DNA from: Bilabrum cf. latius
Lineage: Eukaryota
Direction of reading: 5' to 3'
Assembly: GCA_965178125.1 (NCBI GenBank)
Contig: OZ237744.1
Location: 558,001-622,000, forward strand
DNA length: 64,000 nt
This document shows positions 11,801-23,063 of this stretch, piece after piece. The translations under genes and the position numbers were made by a program. Positions within the stretch are counted from its first letter, which is position 1. Every line of letters begins with the position of its first letter. The notes beneath the pieces are model-generated. The model had not been told where the DNA came from. It did not search any database and saw nothing but the letters and a program-made list of their open reading frames with translations.

Positions 11801-13964
11801 GTTCATCCGTTGTATTCATATTCATACGGACTCGTAGCAGGGCAGTAATCCACTCGTTCACCGTGTCTGGGAAAACCAGGTGGTCCTCCATGATCCAGAT
11901 GGCCTCCGCAAGGCATTCTTTGGAGATCTCGGTCTCCTAGAAAGAGGTCCGGGTGATCTCCTGTGGGAGGCACAGGCGGGCGTACAGTCCTTGCATGCGT
12001 GCCATGGCCTTAAAGAACTCCGAGTCCACGTGGATCCCCAGTGCCTGGAGTGAATCTATCAGGCAGTATCCGTTGGCTTGTCTTGTGCGCTGCGGGATCT
12101 CCGTCATGTGGATAGAGGCTGCGTTCCCTTTTCCGACTGGTTGCCCCTGCTTGAATCGGTTGAGCCTCGCACTGTCGACTCCCCAGGTGCCCTCTATATC
12201 ACCAGCCCTCTTGTCCATGTTGTTAGGCGAGAGGATGTGGAAGTCGACCTGTGTTGCCCGCGTTAGGGCGAGTCCTTGCGTCGCTGCTGGTGCCCCTGGC
12301 GGTAGTGCTGCAGTCTGTTGCGGTGGTTCCGTCGTCTACTACCGAGTTTCTGCAGGCTGCATCGCAGGTCCACCTCCGATCATGTTAGTGAACCGTCCGA
12401 GCAATGTCTGAGGAACCATGCCTCGACCTGGTTGTTCCGGAGCAGTCACTGTTGCTCCCGGGGGTGTGTCAATGGCAGCCGCAGCCGGTAGTTGCTGTTG
12501 CATTGGGGCACGCTGGTGATCAGTCTGGCCCGTCTATGTAGTCTAGGTCATGGCAGTGCCCCGCCCGCGGCCCCTGCCTCGTCCTCCCCAGTGGCCACGG
12601 CCCCAGCCCCGTCCACGACCTCTGCCTCGGCCTCGTCTTCCTGATGCCGAGGTGCTGCTGGTGTCAGCGCCCTTGTTTCCCTTGAACGTCACTCCGTCGT
12701 GTTTGGGTTTCGGCTTGCTCCGCTTGCACGACTGGAACGACTGCAGAAAGAGTCTCGTTGCCTCCCGGAGGTCATCGCTTACGAGCCACCAATAGGCGCG
12801 CTGGGTGAATGAATGCAACCTAGTCATCGCAGCAGAGATCACAAGGACCCCCACTAGTGTGAGAAGGACCTCCGTGGGGATGCTTCTCAGAATGTCCACC
12901 CAGCCCCCTGCGTGCGGCTGTGGGTCAGCCGTACTAGCCGCCTCCACAGTGGGTAGCATGTACCACATGAGCGCGAGGGCTCCAATCCTGCTCCGGTTTC
13001 TCAGTGCAGGCGTCATAACGAAAATCCAGGTGACTGGTATCACTGGTGATCTATACAAGTCCAAGGGCCATTCCCTCGGGTCAAGATACTGACTCAACTT
13101 TGGGCACGTCCCAACGGTGCAGAGGATGGCGAGTCCCATCATCAGAAGGGATAGGGCGGTAGTTACAAGGGGCAGCCCGTAGTCCCCTTGTTTCAGTCCT
13201 CTGTGTTGGTGTTGGGTCCGCTTTTGGTCACCAAGTGCTTTGCAAGCACTCACTCGCAGTCGTCTGAGTTCCTGCATGTAGCGTCTCGTTGCATTCTCCT
13301 ACTAGCGCCTGGCCCTCCTGGAGGTCAAATGCTGTGGGAAGCGCCTGCTCTTCGGTCCTCTCACAACGTGGGTCCACATAAACATGCCTCTCCTGCCCCT
13401 GTGCAGTGCCGGGCCGTAGGTGTAGCCGGGTGCTATCACTCCGTGGCCTCGAAGATGGCGGTTTCGTGGCATCTCGAAGAAGTACAGCTTATTGCCCAGC
13501 CTGTTCACACGTGAGTTCCGCACGTCCCGCTCAAATGTCAGACTCTGATATTCCTCAAAGTCGATAGATAGCAGGCGGGCTCCCATCCCGCCTTTGTTGT
13601 CAGCATTGTGGCAGACCACATATGGGGAGGTGATCGTCCCGTGCCACTCCTCCACTGCAGAGCCAATCAATAGCCTGCCGTCCCATTGCCTATCAGGACA
13701 GATGCAGTAGGGCTTGGGGTCATGAGGGCTAGCAGTGCTGCATGCATCCTCGTGGTCGTGTTCGTGATGGAAGGTCCCCAGAGGACCAACGGTCGTCTTG
13801 TGCAACTCCTCCGCCGCAGGGCCGCGCGTGAGTTGTTCTTGATGTAAGGTGTGTTTTCGACGCGCCGGCAACAATCCGATAATCACGGTTGTCTTCTGCT
13901 CCCGCAAAAGCTATAACACCGAGGGGGTTATTCTTCTGTTACACTGACTAGCGTAATTTGACAT
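5862..13964 (-). CDS. Retrotransposon single-ORF polyprotein (~2,700 aa): hydrophobic/RG-rich N-terminus, possible cysteine protease, APE endonuclease, reverse transcriptase
   Basis: All minus-strand fragments from 13302..13907 to 5862..6161 are in one frame, separated only by TAG (19 counted), ending at TGA 5862. Candidate ATG at 13964. APE motifs: 'IATKN', 'VFVGTET', 'ACYNPP', 'TGDFN', 'TLDAI', 'SDH'. RT motifs: 'KAVGPDGI', 'FRPI', '[TAG]AGFR', 'FDIKGAFDS', 'GTP[TAG]GEILSP', 'YADDY', 'YLYLG'. Confidence 0.88.
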
Positions 13965-13975
13965 TGTGAAACAAT

Positions 13976-16636
13976 ATGAAGGGGTTAATGTTCTGGGTGC
14001 TCGCAGCCCATCTGTTGACGCAAGGCGCTCTGTGTGTCGATGTCTCAATTGACGCGGATACCCCAGTTGTGTTGCCAGCCAACGCATCCACTGGGCTCTT
14101 GGCTACGTTTCGTGATTTTCAACTCGATTGGTACGAATCCTTTGGACATGCACCTACCGTCTATCATGATATGCCGACAACAGACTAGGAAGATCCAAGT
14201 GCAACTGCAGTCGTTGTGCTGGGCTTCCCAGACCTGCTCCCCGCCCTGTTCAAGCAAGTTGATCTGAACGCATCTTGCATCGGTCCTAATGCTGAGGCAG
14301 AGAGCCACTGTATTCAGACTCTCTCAAGGTCAGGTGGCGGAGACAGGACTGGCTTCGACCTGGTCGTGGTTGCTGGCGCCGACTCCCGCGGTGCGCAGTT
14401 CGCGGCCTACAGTTTCTCGGAGAAGTTGCTTGGGGTGAATCCCTGGAAGTGGTTCGCTGACCAACGCCCCGTCACGCGCGAGAAGATTGTGCTTCCCGCT
14501 GACGGAGCCCCGGGCGGAGTCTTTTTCTTCCCGCCGTTCCTGTTCAAGCACAGGGCAGGGTTTCCGAACGACGAGGATCTCTTTGGAAATAGCCAGCCGA
14601 GTCCCATGGGTGATACTGTATGGTCCGATACCACGTACGACAGGTACTACGAGACCCTCCTGCGGCAGAAGATGAACGGCGTGCTAGTGGGCACGAACCC
14701 GGCGCCCGACGAGCGATCGATCGCTCTCGCCTCCCGTAGAGGCCTCTTCATTCACCACCACCACTACAACTTGCTGGGAAGCTACGTGTATCGCTGGCCT
14801 TTAGGTAAAGAGGGGTGGAACTGGCGCACGGACACGCAGGCCATGAGCTTCATGTACGAGGCATCGGTTGCGGCACAGGCGGACATGGATGTGATCTGGT
14901 CCATTGGCCTCAGGGGACTCAATGACTACGCGTACCCTTGCAATGGAGACGTAGAGTGCGCGACGCAGATCAACGAGGCGATGTCGAACCAGACAAAGTG
15001 GATCGACGCGGCGCAGCCAGGGCGAGCAAAGAAGGTCACCTACCTGTGGAGCGAGGGCATCAAGTACCTGTCCAAAGGGCTGCTGAATATACCAGAGGGA
15101 ACGGACGTTATCTTTGGGGATCAGGGTGCTGGGTTCATTCACGGCGACGGCAATCTGACGCAGTATGCCTCGGGGCTCTACTACCACACGGCCATGTACG
15201 ATGGCCACGCCAACCAGCTCACGGAGATGATCCCAGTCTCGCGAATCATCTCCCAGATCTACCAGATCTTCGTGGCCCTCGCAAAAAAGTATTCCGTCTT
15301 CGTTCTCAACACGTCGGACATGCGTCCAGCCAGCATGACCACAGATGCAGCGGTCCGTTTGACAAGAAACCCGGACGAGTTCTTCGGGTCTCTGGCAGCT
15401 CTGGCTCGCACCAAGCTGCAAGAGTACCGCGAGAGAGAGAGGGTAGACTCGTCGGGTACCGTGCCCAGGGATATCGTCGCGGCGCGATAGTTCCTGGCTG
15501 GGATGGCGAGAGGCAAGACCGACGTGCCTGGTGCCGTTGGCTCGGCCTGGATGGACGTCGATCCCAACGCGACTGCTCTGCTGTTCTATGAACAGTGGGC
15601 GCGTGATCAGTACGGTCTGGGGACTGATCAGGCAGCAGCAGCCATGGCTGGCCAGGCATGGCAGGACTACTTCCGTATTCCGTACATATTTGGTGGAGAG
15701 AGCGACAACGCACTCTCCGACGACGCGCAGCACCTCTCCACCCAAGCTGCCAAGGAGATCGCGGACACGGGTGCAGTCTCGGCGCGCAGCGTCAGCGAGG
15801 CCAAAGACGCGCTTGCCATGTGCGACAACGACACGATGACTGCGCTCAACGGCCTCTTGGACACGGCCAAGACAATCCTGGGCAAGGTGCCCGAGGCTCG
15901 CCAGCAGTTCGCCCACTTCCACATGCTCGTTGGGTTCCTGCACCAGCAGCTGGGATGTACCGCTCTCACAAATGTTGCAAAGGCCATTCAAGCTGCCAAT
16001 CAGAGCGATTTTACGACCGCCAAAGCGCTCGCTTAGGCATCGGTGGATGCGTACAACACCCTGTTGCAGGCAAGGCAGCAGGCCGAGTACGGCATCTGGA
16101 GGCACATGTACTTCGGAGACCACCTCAGCAACTTTGAAAAATCGCGCCGGTCTGCTAGACAGCTAGTTGTGGCAACTGCTGCTGCCGGGAAGAGCCCAAC
16201 GTTGCCCAGCATCACGATCCCGCAGTGGTACGCGTTCGAGCAATACCAGGAGGCCTTCCTGGACAACTTCCCCCTGCAGCAGCCGAACGCCACGTGGCGC
16301 ATGAAGGACTTCGTGAGGATTCATTGCAACGCGCCAGATTATGATTCCGGGTCTTGCGTGAACACTCCGGACGGGGGCCACTTCCGCGGCGGGAGTGGCG
16401 ACACGACCATTACCATGTACTACGGCACCCCGGGCGGTTCTCAGACTCCCGGGGTGTCGATCCGGTACACGACCGACGGTAGCACGCCTGCCAACACGAG
16501 CAAGGAGTACACCACCCCTCTGGATCTGAAGGACATCGTGCCGTCGGGGTCCACATCCGTGCATGTGCGAGCGAAGCTCGACACCAATGGCACGATGTCT
16601 GTGACCGAGGCCTCCACAACCTGGTCGATGTGGTGA
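13976..16636 (+). CDS. Secreted glycoside hydrolase family 115-like protein (~886 aa) with C-terminal Fn3-associated/CHB_HEX_C-like domain
   Basis: Four ORFs in one frame, joined by TAG at 14186, 15488 and 16034. TGA at 16634. N-terminal signal-like peptide. GH115-like motifs 'VAGADSRGAQFAAYSFSEKLLGVNPWKWFAD', 'KHRAGFPNDED' and 'IGLRG'; C-terminal 'IRYTTDGSTP'. Confidence 0.8.
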
Positions 16637-16831
16637 CCCGCGGGGACGGGATCCAGAGCCAACCTCCCAGCGCCTGCTTGTTCTGCTTGCTGTGCTTGAA
16701 ACTATGAGCTTTTGTTCGATAGTCTTGGTGCATTGCAAGCTTGTGCAACACTGATCGTCCAGCACTAGCAAGCATTTTCGTTTGCGACAACGAAGTGCTG
16801 GCGCAGGCTACTGTACCGCCGCGTGCGGATG

Positions 16832-17672
16832 TTACCCAGAGGAATCATCGCACATGGTTTCAAACCCAGAGCCTGCCCTGCCCCACGCAGGACACAGCAT
16901 CGGCGACGTCAGCACAGCACCCACTACGCCAGCCACTGCAAAGCCCATCCCGGCACCAACAATGACGTCTCCGATCCAATGGCAACCGAAATACACTCGA
17001 CCAATACCAACGATAGGAGCAAGCAAAATCACCCACCATTGTCCTGAGTACCACCCGGCTGTGAGGAGCAAAGCTGAGGCCATCGCCGTATCGCCCGATG
17101 GGAAAGCTTTCGTCATCCGCTCCAAGCTTCTCAGATCGAGCCATCTGTGGGCAGTGGATCCAATCCTTGGTCGTTCACGGCCAGCGATATGCTTCCATAT
17201 CCCGGTGACAATTGCACAGGATATCACGACGCAGGCTATCCAAACTCGCTAGCCGTTGTTCGCAAGCACAAGGAGCAAAACAAGAACAACTGCGACGCCA
17301 TACCACGAAAATGCCATTGTTGGGAGTAGCAGCATTGCCTCGACTGCCTTGATGTCAACCCTGCGTGGTGAAATGTGAAAATATCAGATGCGTGGAGGGA
17401 CTGCAGCAGACTCCGTCTGCACTGTCGCCTTACGCGCCTTCCACCGAAGCTTACCGGTGCACAGCTTGGCTGGCTTGGATGTCTTGCGACAGTAACTATC
17501 CAGTGCATGTGCTCGGATCCTATGCCCAGCCGTCTGGAGTCTCGGTTTGGTTGCAAAGCAGTTGCGACTCGTGGGCGGCACCGGATCGAACGACGCCAGA
17601 CCTTCCTGCCGCGGCACCAGTCCGCTTATATGGGATTTCTATTTCCTCATTGACTATTCGGGGTGCTGCCAT
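16832..17672 (-). CDS. PAP2-family lipid phosphatase-like membrane protein (intron 17361..17454)
   Basis: Motifs C1 'KHIAGRERP', C2 'FPSGDT' and C3 'GRVYFGCHWIGDV'. A 94-nt GTAAGC...CAG intron joins the two frames in correct phase. TAG at 17520, 17496 and 17249. Ends at TAA 16832. Confidence 0.8.
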
Positions 17673-17773
17673 ATCGCTTGAATGCGGGGTGTTCGCTTGC
17701 ATGCGAGGAATTTGCATTGCCTTGCAGTTGCTATGGAACAAGTGCTGATCAGATTGCGGCCAAATTCACGGCA

Positions 17774-20700
17774 ATGGACAAGTATGCTGGAAATGTCGCT
17801 GGCGGAAGATCAATCAGTGGCGACGACCTGGCTTCTGCCGTGCATGCGGCCCAATGTGATGAAACTCTGCTTCTTAGCGACGGCAGGGCGCTGGTTGCAC
17901 GGCTTCGATCGTCCGACGGGGACCTAGCTTGGGTGCCGCTGGACGACAGAGATACCAAGAAGGCACTAAATTAGGCAGTAGGTTGCTCGCAGATGGGAAG
18001 CATGCTTCTGGACAGGCCCAGAGTGCAAGCCTACAGCAGAGCCATCGTTGCTGCAGTTGCGGACTTTAGGTCCAGGAATCACAGGGCACCAGTGGTGCTA
18101 GACATTGGAGCAGGCACTGGTTTGTTGTCGATGATCGCTGCGAGAGCTGGAGCCGCGCGTGTCTATGCCCTCGAGATGTACAAGCCACTCGCACAGCTGG
18201 CCGCTCGGATCACGACGAAGTACACAGGAAGCGCGGCTACAAACGCATTTGGTGAACCGGTCTGTGACATTCACGTAATTGGTAAAGACAGCTCTCGGGT
18301 GTCTGTTGGTGCGAGCACAGGGTCTGCAGGTTCGTCGTCTGGGGAAGGGACCGCCGTGGAACCCCCCGACATGGCAACCAGAGCAGACCTGTGCGTCAAC
18401 GAGATCTATGATTCTGCGCTGCTGGGCGAAGGGGTCATTCCCGCGCTGCGGGACGCGTACTCGCGCCTGCTCGCACCCAACGCGGTGGTTGTACCAAGAG
18501 GTGCAAGGGTGCTGGCTCAGCTCGTGTGCGCGCCGGTGGCCGATGGGCTGGCCGGCCGCGCCTGGGGACGAGACGGAGACGTTGCTTGCAGCGCAGAAAA
18601 TGGTCCGGCTAGCACAGGCCCCTCCAGTGGGTCGGCGACGCCCGATGACGTGGAGCTATCGACAGTGCCCCCCATCCCGCTGCATGCTGACCGGCTCCTG
18701 CCTTCGCTGCACCCAGCCGGGGCCCCATTTCACCTGCACCATTTTCGGTTCGATGCGGTGGCCTTCGCGGAAGATCCAAGCTGCGAATCGCAGGACACTG
18801 CTGCGGCCCCGCGGCAGCCATCTGCTTCCTCTTCCGAGTGTGTATCGGGCCGTTCCCGTTCCTCGGGTGCACTGCCTTAGCTCCCGAGCGACTGCCTCGG
18901 CGTGCCATCCGCCTCCTCCGTTCGCATCTTCAGGCAGAGAGTGCAGGCAGAGGCACCAGCGCCTCGATCATCAACTGGTACGAGCGGTGCTTCCTCACGG
19001 AGGTGCAATGCCTCCCTCTTGTGGTGGGAGCTTGATCTGTGGGATGGCGTGACGTACAGCACGTGCCCCAGGGTGCCGTGGCTGCCACAGGCTGAAGCGG
19101 AAGCTCCTGCAGCGGCGGGCGCAGCGGCAGCCAAAGCCGGACGTACTGATATTAGTGCCCCGTTTTGGGACGAAGCAGTCGTGTCAGCTCCGGTCGCTTC
19201 GCTGGGAGCATGTGCTGGACCGTGCACAGAGGGAGTCCGCCGCATCCTGCCTCCCGAGGCGGAGTGGTAGGACCACTGGACGCAGTGCCTCGTTCCATTC
19301 GATGCTGAGCTGGAGGATGGAGATGCTCTCATTGCAGTGGTGCGAGGCGAGCTAAACTTCCGAATGGCGGCTCGAAATGTTGCGAGCACCAAAGCCGCCG
19401 CCGGAGCGAGTGCCGCAGTCGAGGGCAGTTCAGGCACTGCCAGTGAGAGTCACCCCAGCAAGAGAGCCAGAGTCGAGGACGGCGGAGCGGAGAAACTATC
19501 GCGCGGTCTCATTGAAGCGTTGTCTGGTTCATCCAGCACCGACTCGCCGCAGCTCTCGACGCACTCTCCGTGGCGACTGCGGGAGCTTCGGTCAGCATCG
19601 CGCCAGGCCAGCATCCGCTCAGCACTTTCCTAGCTTAAGCGTCGCATCGAGTCTAGTGCTGACGGTGATCCCCGACCAATTTTTTTGCTTGATGTTGCTG
19701 ACGGCTGCGAAGCATCTCGGCTTGCCTGTTGCCCTTCTTCAGCGACAGTGCAGGCGACTTGTTCGCCTGGGACTTCCGACGCGGACAAATACAGCTAGAG
19801 CGATGTCGACGATTGCCTCGTACTGTGCTGTGAAGGACATCCCACCATGGCGAGGGACTCCTCGCTTTCTTGCGAGGCAAGCGGTCTGTCCGCCAGGGTC
19901 AGCGTGCTGGCTGCAGATGCTGGCGTTGTGGCCGGTATTCCCGGTGCCGGCCTCGCTGGCCTATGGGCAGACGCGGGCTTGCTCGGAGGAGCCGAGCGCA
20001 GAAACGCCGTTGGCGGGGTCCTTGCGCTTCCTACTGCAGTGCAGCTTACTGGAAGGCCGCTGTGGGCAGCAGCAAGTGCGCTCTTCCGAAGGGTTTGCGT
20101 GGAGCCCGTACTTCGAAGGAACCCCGGCATTCCGCGTCCACCCGCGACACATACAACCACGGCACCGACCCTGCCAGCGGCTGGGTTTCTCATGGCAAGT
20201 GTGGTCGAGCTGCAGGACTTGTGGAAGAATCATGCATCCGTGTCGGAGTGCGACGGCTTCGATCACTCTGAGCTGGTAGACGCGTCTGAAGGCTGGGAGT
20301 CGAGAGAGTTCGGCTACCCTCTCTTCATGTACCATCACAAGTACCTCGCCCCGCCGCAATGCGTTGCGGTCCTGGATTTTGTAAACCCCACCGCCTCCAG
20401 CGCGATCTCAGGACCGGAGCCACGGGGTGCTGCAGCTGCATAGGGTGAGTCCAAGGATGTGGCCGACGGCGCTGCAACCGGTGCGGGTGCCGGAGAGTAG
20501 ACACTGGCCCACGTTGCTCCAAGCACAGAGGAGGCACTGTTCGACCATGCCGCCGTGCTTGAGGTGATCGCGGGCAATATGGCCTCTAGGCACGTCCTTG
20601 CCTTCGAAACCAGCGGGACTGCGCATGCACTTGTGGCATGGGTCGACTATGCCCTGACAGAGCAAGCGGCTGAGCAGCTCAAGCGAGCCGCGCTACAACG

Positions 20701-20989
20701 CGCCGCCCATGCCAAAGAATTAGCGTACGACGCAAAGGCCAGAGAGCTTGCTAACGAGATGATCCATGGGGGCCCTTTCCTGCCTGGAGGCGAACCGAAC
20801 GGCATGAGGCAGTCCATGCGGTTCCTGCACCCGTATCGGGTTGTTGCTGCTGCCAGCAAATCTGCCGCGAGGGATTCTTCAAGTAGGGAAAACGATGACT
20901 CGTCGGTACCGACGGGTGTCACCATGGACGTGTCGTTGGATGTTGATGCGGGCAATGGACTCACTGTCACTCAAGCAGGGTGGGCGTGA
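17774..20989 (+). CDS. PRMT7: Protein arginine methyltransferase, PRMT7-like (tandem methyltransferase modules)
   Basis: 'MLLDRPRVQAY', 'VLDIGAGTGLLSMIAARAGA', 'NEIYDSALLGEG', 'WWELDL...YSTCP', 'W[TAG]DHWTQ', and a second degenerate module ('ECDGFDHS', 'HALVAWVDY'). Seven in-frame TAGs; TGA at 20987. Confidence 0.8.
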
Positions 20990-21076
20990 CATCCGCGCTG
21001 TGCTTGAATCCTACACTAGGTCTACCATTAATTACTTGTCGCAATGAATCAATCAAATACGTTCACTGTGTCACAT

Positions 21077-22798
21077 TCAATTGGTTGCAACAAGCTGCAG
21101 CGCTGCCTCAAGATCGACTGGCCTGGACTCGATGTCTGACTTGGTCGGCTTGAGCCGATTCAGCCGATCCAGTGCCATGCTGATCTATGTTGACACAACG
21201 GCAAATCGCTGCGCCTCTAGCGCCGCGCTTGCATCTCCGGCCAATTCCAGCTCCCACCACGGCGCGGTGCGCTGCGTCTTTTCAACACTCCCGCGCGTCT
21301 TGGCCGCGATCTTGGGGCGCCTGTGCCTGCTGCCATGCTTCGAGCTGGTGTAGGGGTGCGACTCGAGGAGAGCCACCACGCCGAGCACTCTTCCTTGGGT
21401 GTCGCGCACCGGCCGCAGCAGGATAGCGACGCCCTCCTCCTACAGGGGGTGTTCCTTCCCGTGGAGTCGACTGCAGGCTGCCTCGACGAGTACCGGGTGC
21501 ACCCACCCTGGTGCTGGGTCATCCTGCAGCGCGGACTGGACCCTGGCTGCACCTTCATTGGCCGATGCAGGCACGTAAGTGCCACCATCGTTTCCGCCAA
21601 TGATGAGCCGCATCTGCCTCGTGTGGCCATCTCCTGCTGTTCGGAGCGCAAGGTCATTCAGCTCGGCAAAGGAGCTGACGACTGGCGGCTGGACCCCCGT
21701 TGCAGCCGTCACCTGGTCGCTGGCCCCAGTCTCCTCTTGCTCTCGCATCTGGGCCGATAGGGCCTACACCGTTGTTGCTACTGGAAGATCCCCCGAATCG
21801 TCAAAGTCGAGAGTGTGTGCGAACCCCACTTCGCCGAGAAGCACCCTGGTTGCCGGCCTCCGCTCCAGCGGCTCGACCTCTGTGGATGAGGCGGGCGCCC
21901 CGCCCGTGTCACCATCCACGAGAGGTTTCTGTGCCTTAATGGTGTGGCCTGGGCGAACTCCAATTATATGTCCATTCGAGTCGCGCTCGGCGATCAGTTG
22001 CTTGTCCGTGTGGTGCATGGTGAACAGCTACCTGTGCTTGGATCGTGTGTCTACCACAAGCAGCGCAGCATCGTCCGCCCCTAGCATCCCAGAGGCTTGC
22101 CGCAGATCTCCACAGTAGCGCTATGTACGATTGCGAAGCTGCTGCACCAATGAATCAGATATGGGCACAAGCCCGATGGATCTCTTGAAGCTGTCAACGT
22201 GCTGCTGAACCTCATCCGGAAATCGCAGCAAGAGGGGGAACATGCCAAGCAGGCAGCCTATTGCAATGCCCACAAGCCTACCAAAATTAAGGGCATACTA
22301 AAAAGGTTTCTGGTTTCGCTGATCTTCAGTAATCTTTGGCATGGGGGTCTTGACATTCCTCTCGATCACTCCCTCGCTCGCTGTCCCGACCACATCGCTG
22401 ATTAGATTCCCCAAGCCGGCAGCTGCCAGGGTTGACAGGCCAAACTTCAAGCCAAGAGCTTCATCGATCTGATCACCCGCAAGAATCATGATGGCATTGT
22501 CCATAAAGCCGAATGCAATGCTTGGAAGCAGAGTGGACACTCCCACCAAAGCCAGGTCGCGCGATGACAATGCCGAAACTGACTTAGCTGGGGATGTTGA
22601 ACACATTCTTCGGCTTTCTCGCGAGGCTCTGCTCAACCCCAGCACGTGAACGCTGCATCCAAGCGAGCCTCGTCTGTGCCCGGCATGCATCTAACCGGCT
22701 CCTATATCGTGGCAGGCAATCCGGCATACGTGTCTAATGGTAGTATACCGTAAACTGGCTGATGACTACCGCCGGTAATGCATTGCATATCGCAGCAT
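21077..22798 (-). CDS. TMEM65-like membrane protein with C-terminal extension (possible GAF-like region)
   Basis: 'PSIAFGFMDNAIMILAGDQID...LSTLAAAGLGNLISDVVG...GIAIGCLLGMFPL' is TMEM65-like. The frame continues through 8 TAGs to TGA at 21077. Arg/Ser-rich N-terminus follows ATG 22798. Confidence 0.75.
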
Positions 22799-23063
22799 AC
22801 GCCTGATTCTGCAACTAGGCGAATCCGGATTCAAGTTGGGTCGCCGAAAAGTGCTCGCAACAACTGCTGCGGTGCTCGCTCGCCGGAATCTGCTGGATAC
22901 TACACCAACAAGCCGCTCTGGTCAAGGGGAGATGAGCTTTGTATTAAGCAAACATTTCGATTTTTGCAGAGATAAGACGAAATTAGGGTGGGGTTTCCGG
23001 CGCCGACTCAAAACCCAACGCCTTGCAGCCACGTCTGTCATTCGGTTATATCTTGCTGCCGTC

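Larger units (their letters stand above)
5630..13964 (-). mobile_element. Non-LTR (LINE-like) retrotransposon, APE + RT type, apparently intact; boundaries approximate
   Basis: Fills the whole interval between the kinesin-like stop codon and the GH115-like ATG. Encodes APE endonuclease and RT motifs. No LTRs seen. Confidence 0.9.

Noticed and set aside
5630-13964. LTR, DIRS/Ngaro or group II intron/retron identity for the RT element
   Set aside because: No LTRs, integrase or tyrosine recombinase motifs were seen. APE followed by an RT with GPDG/QxGFR/PQG/YADD is the non-LTR pattern.
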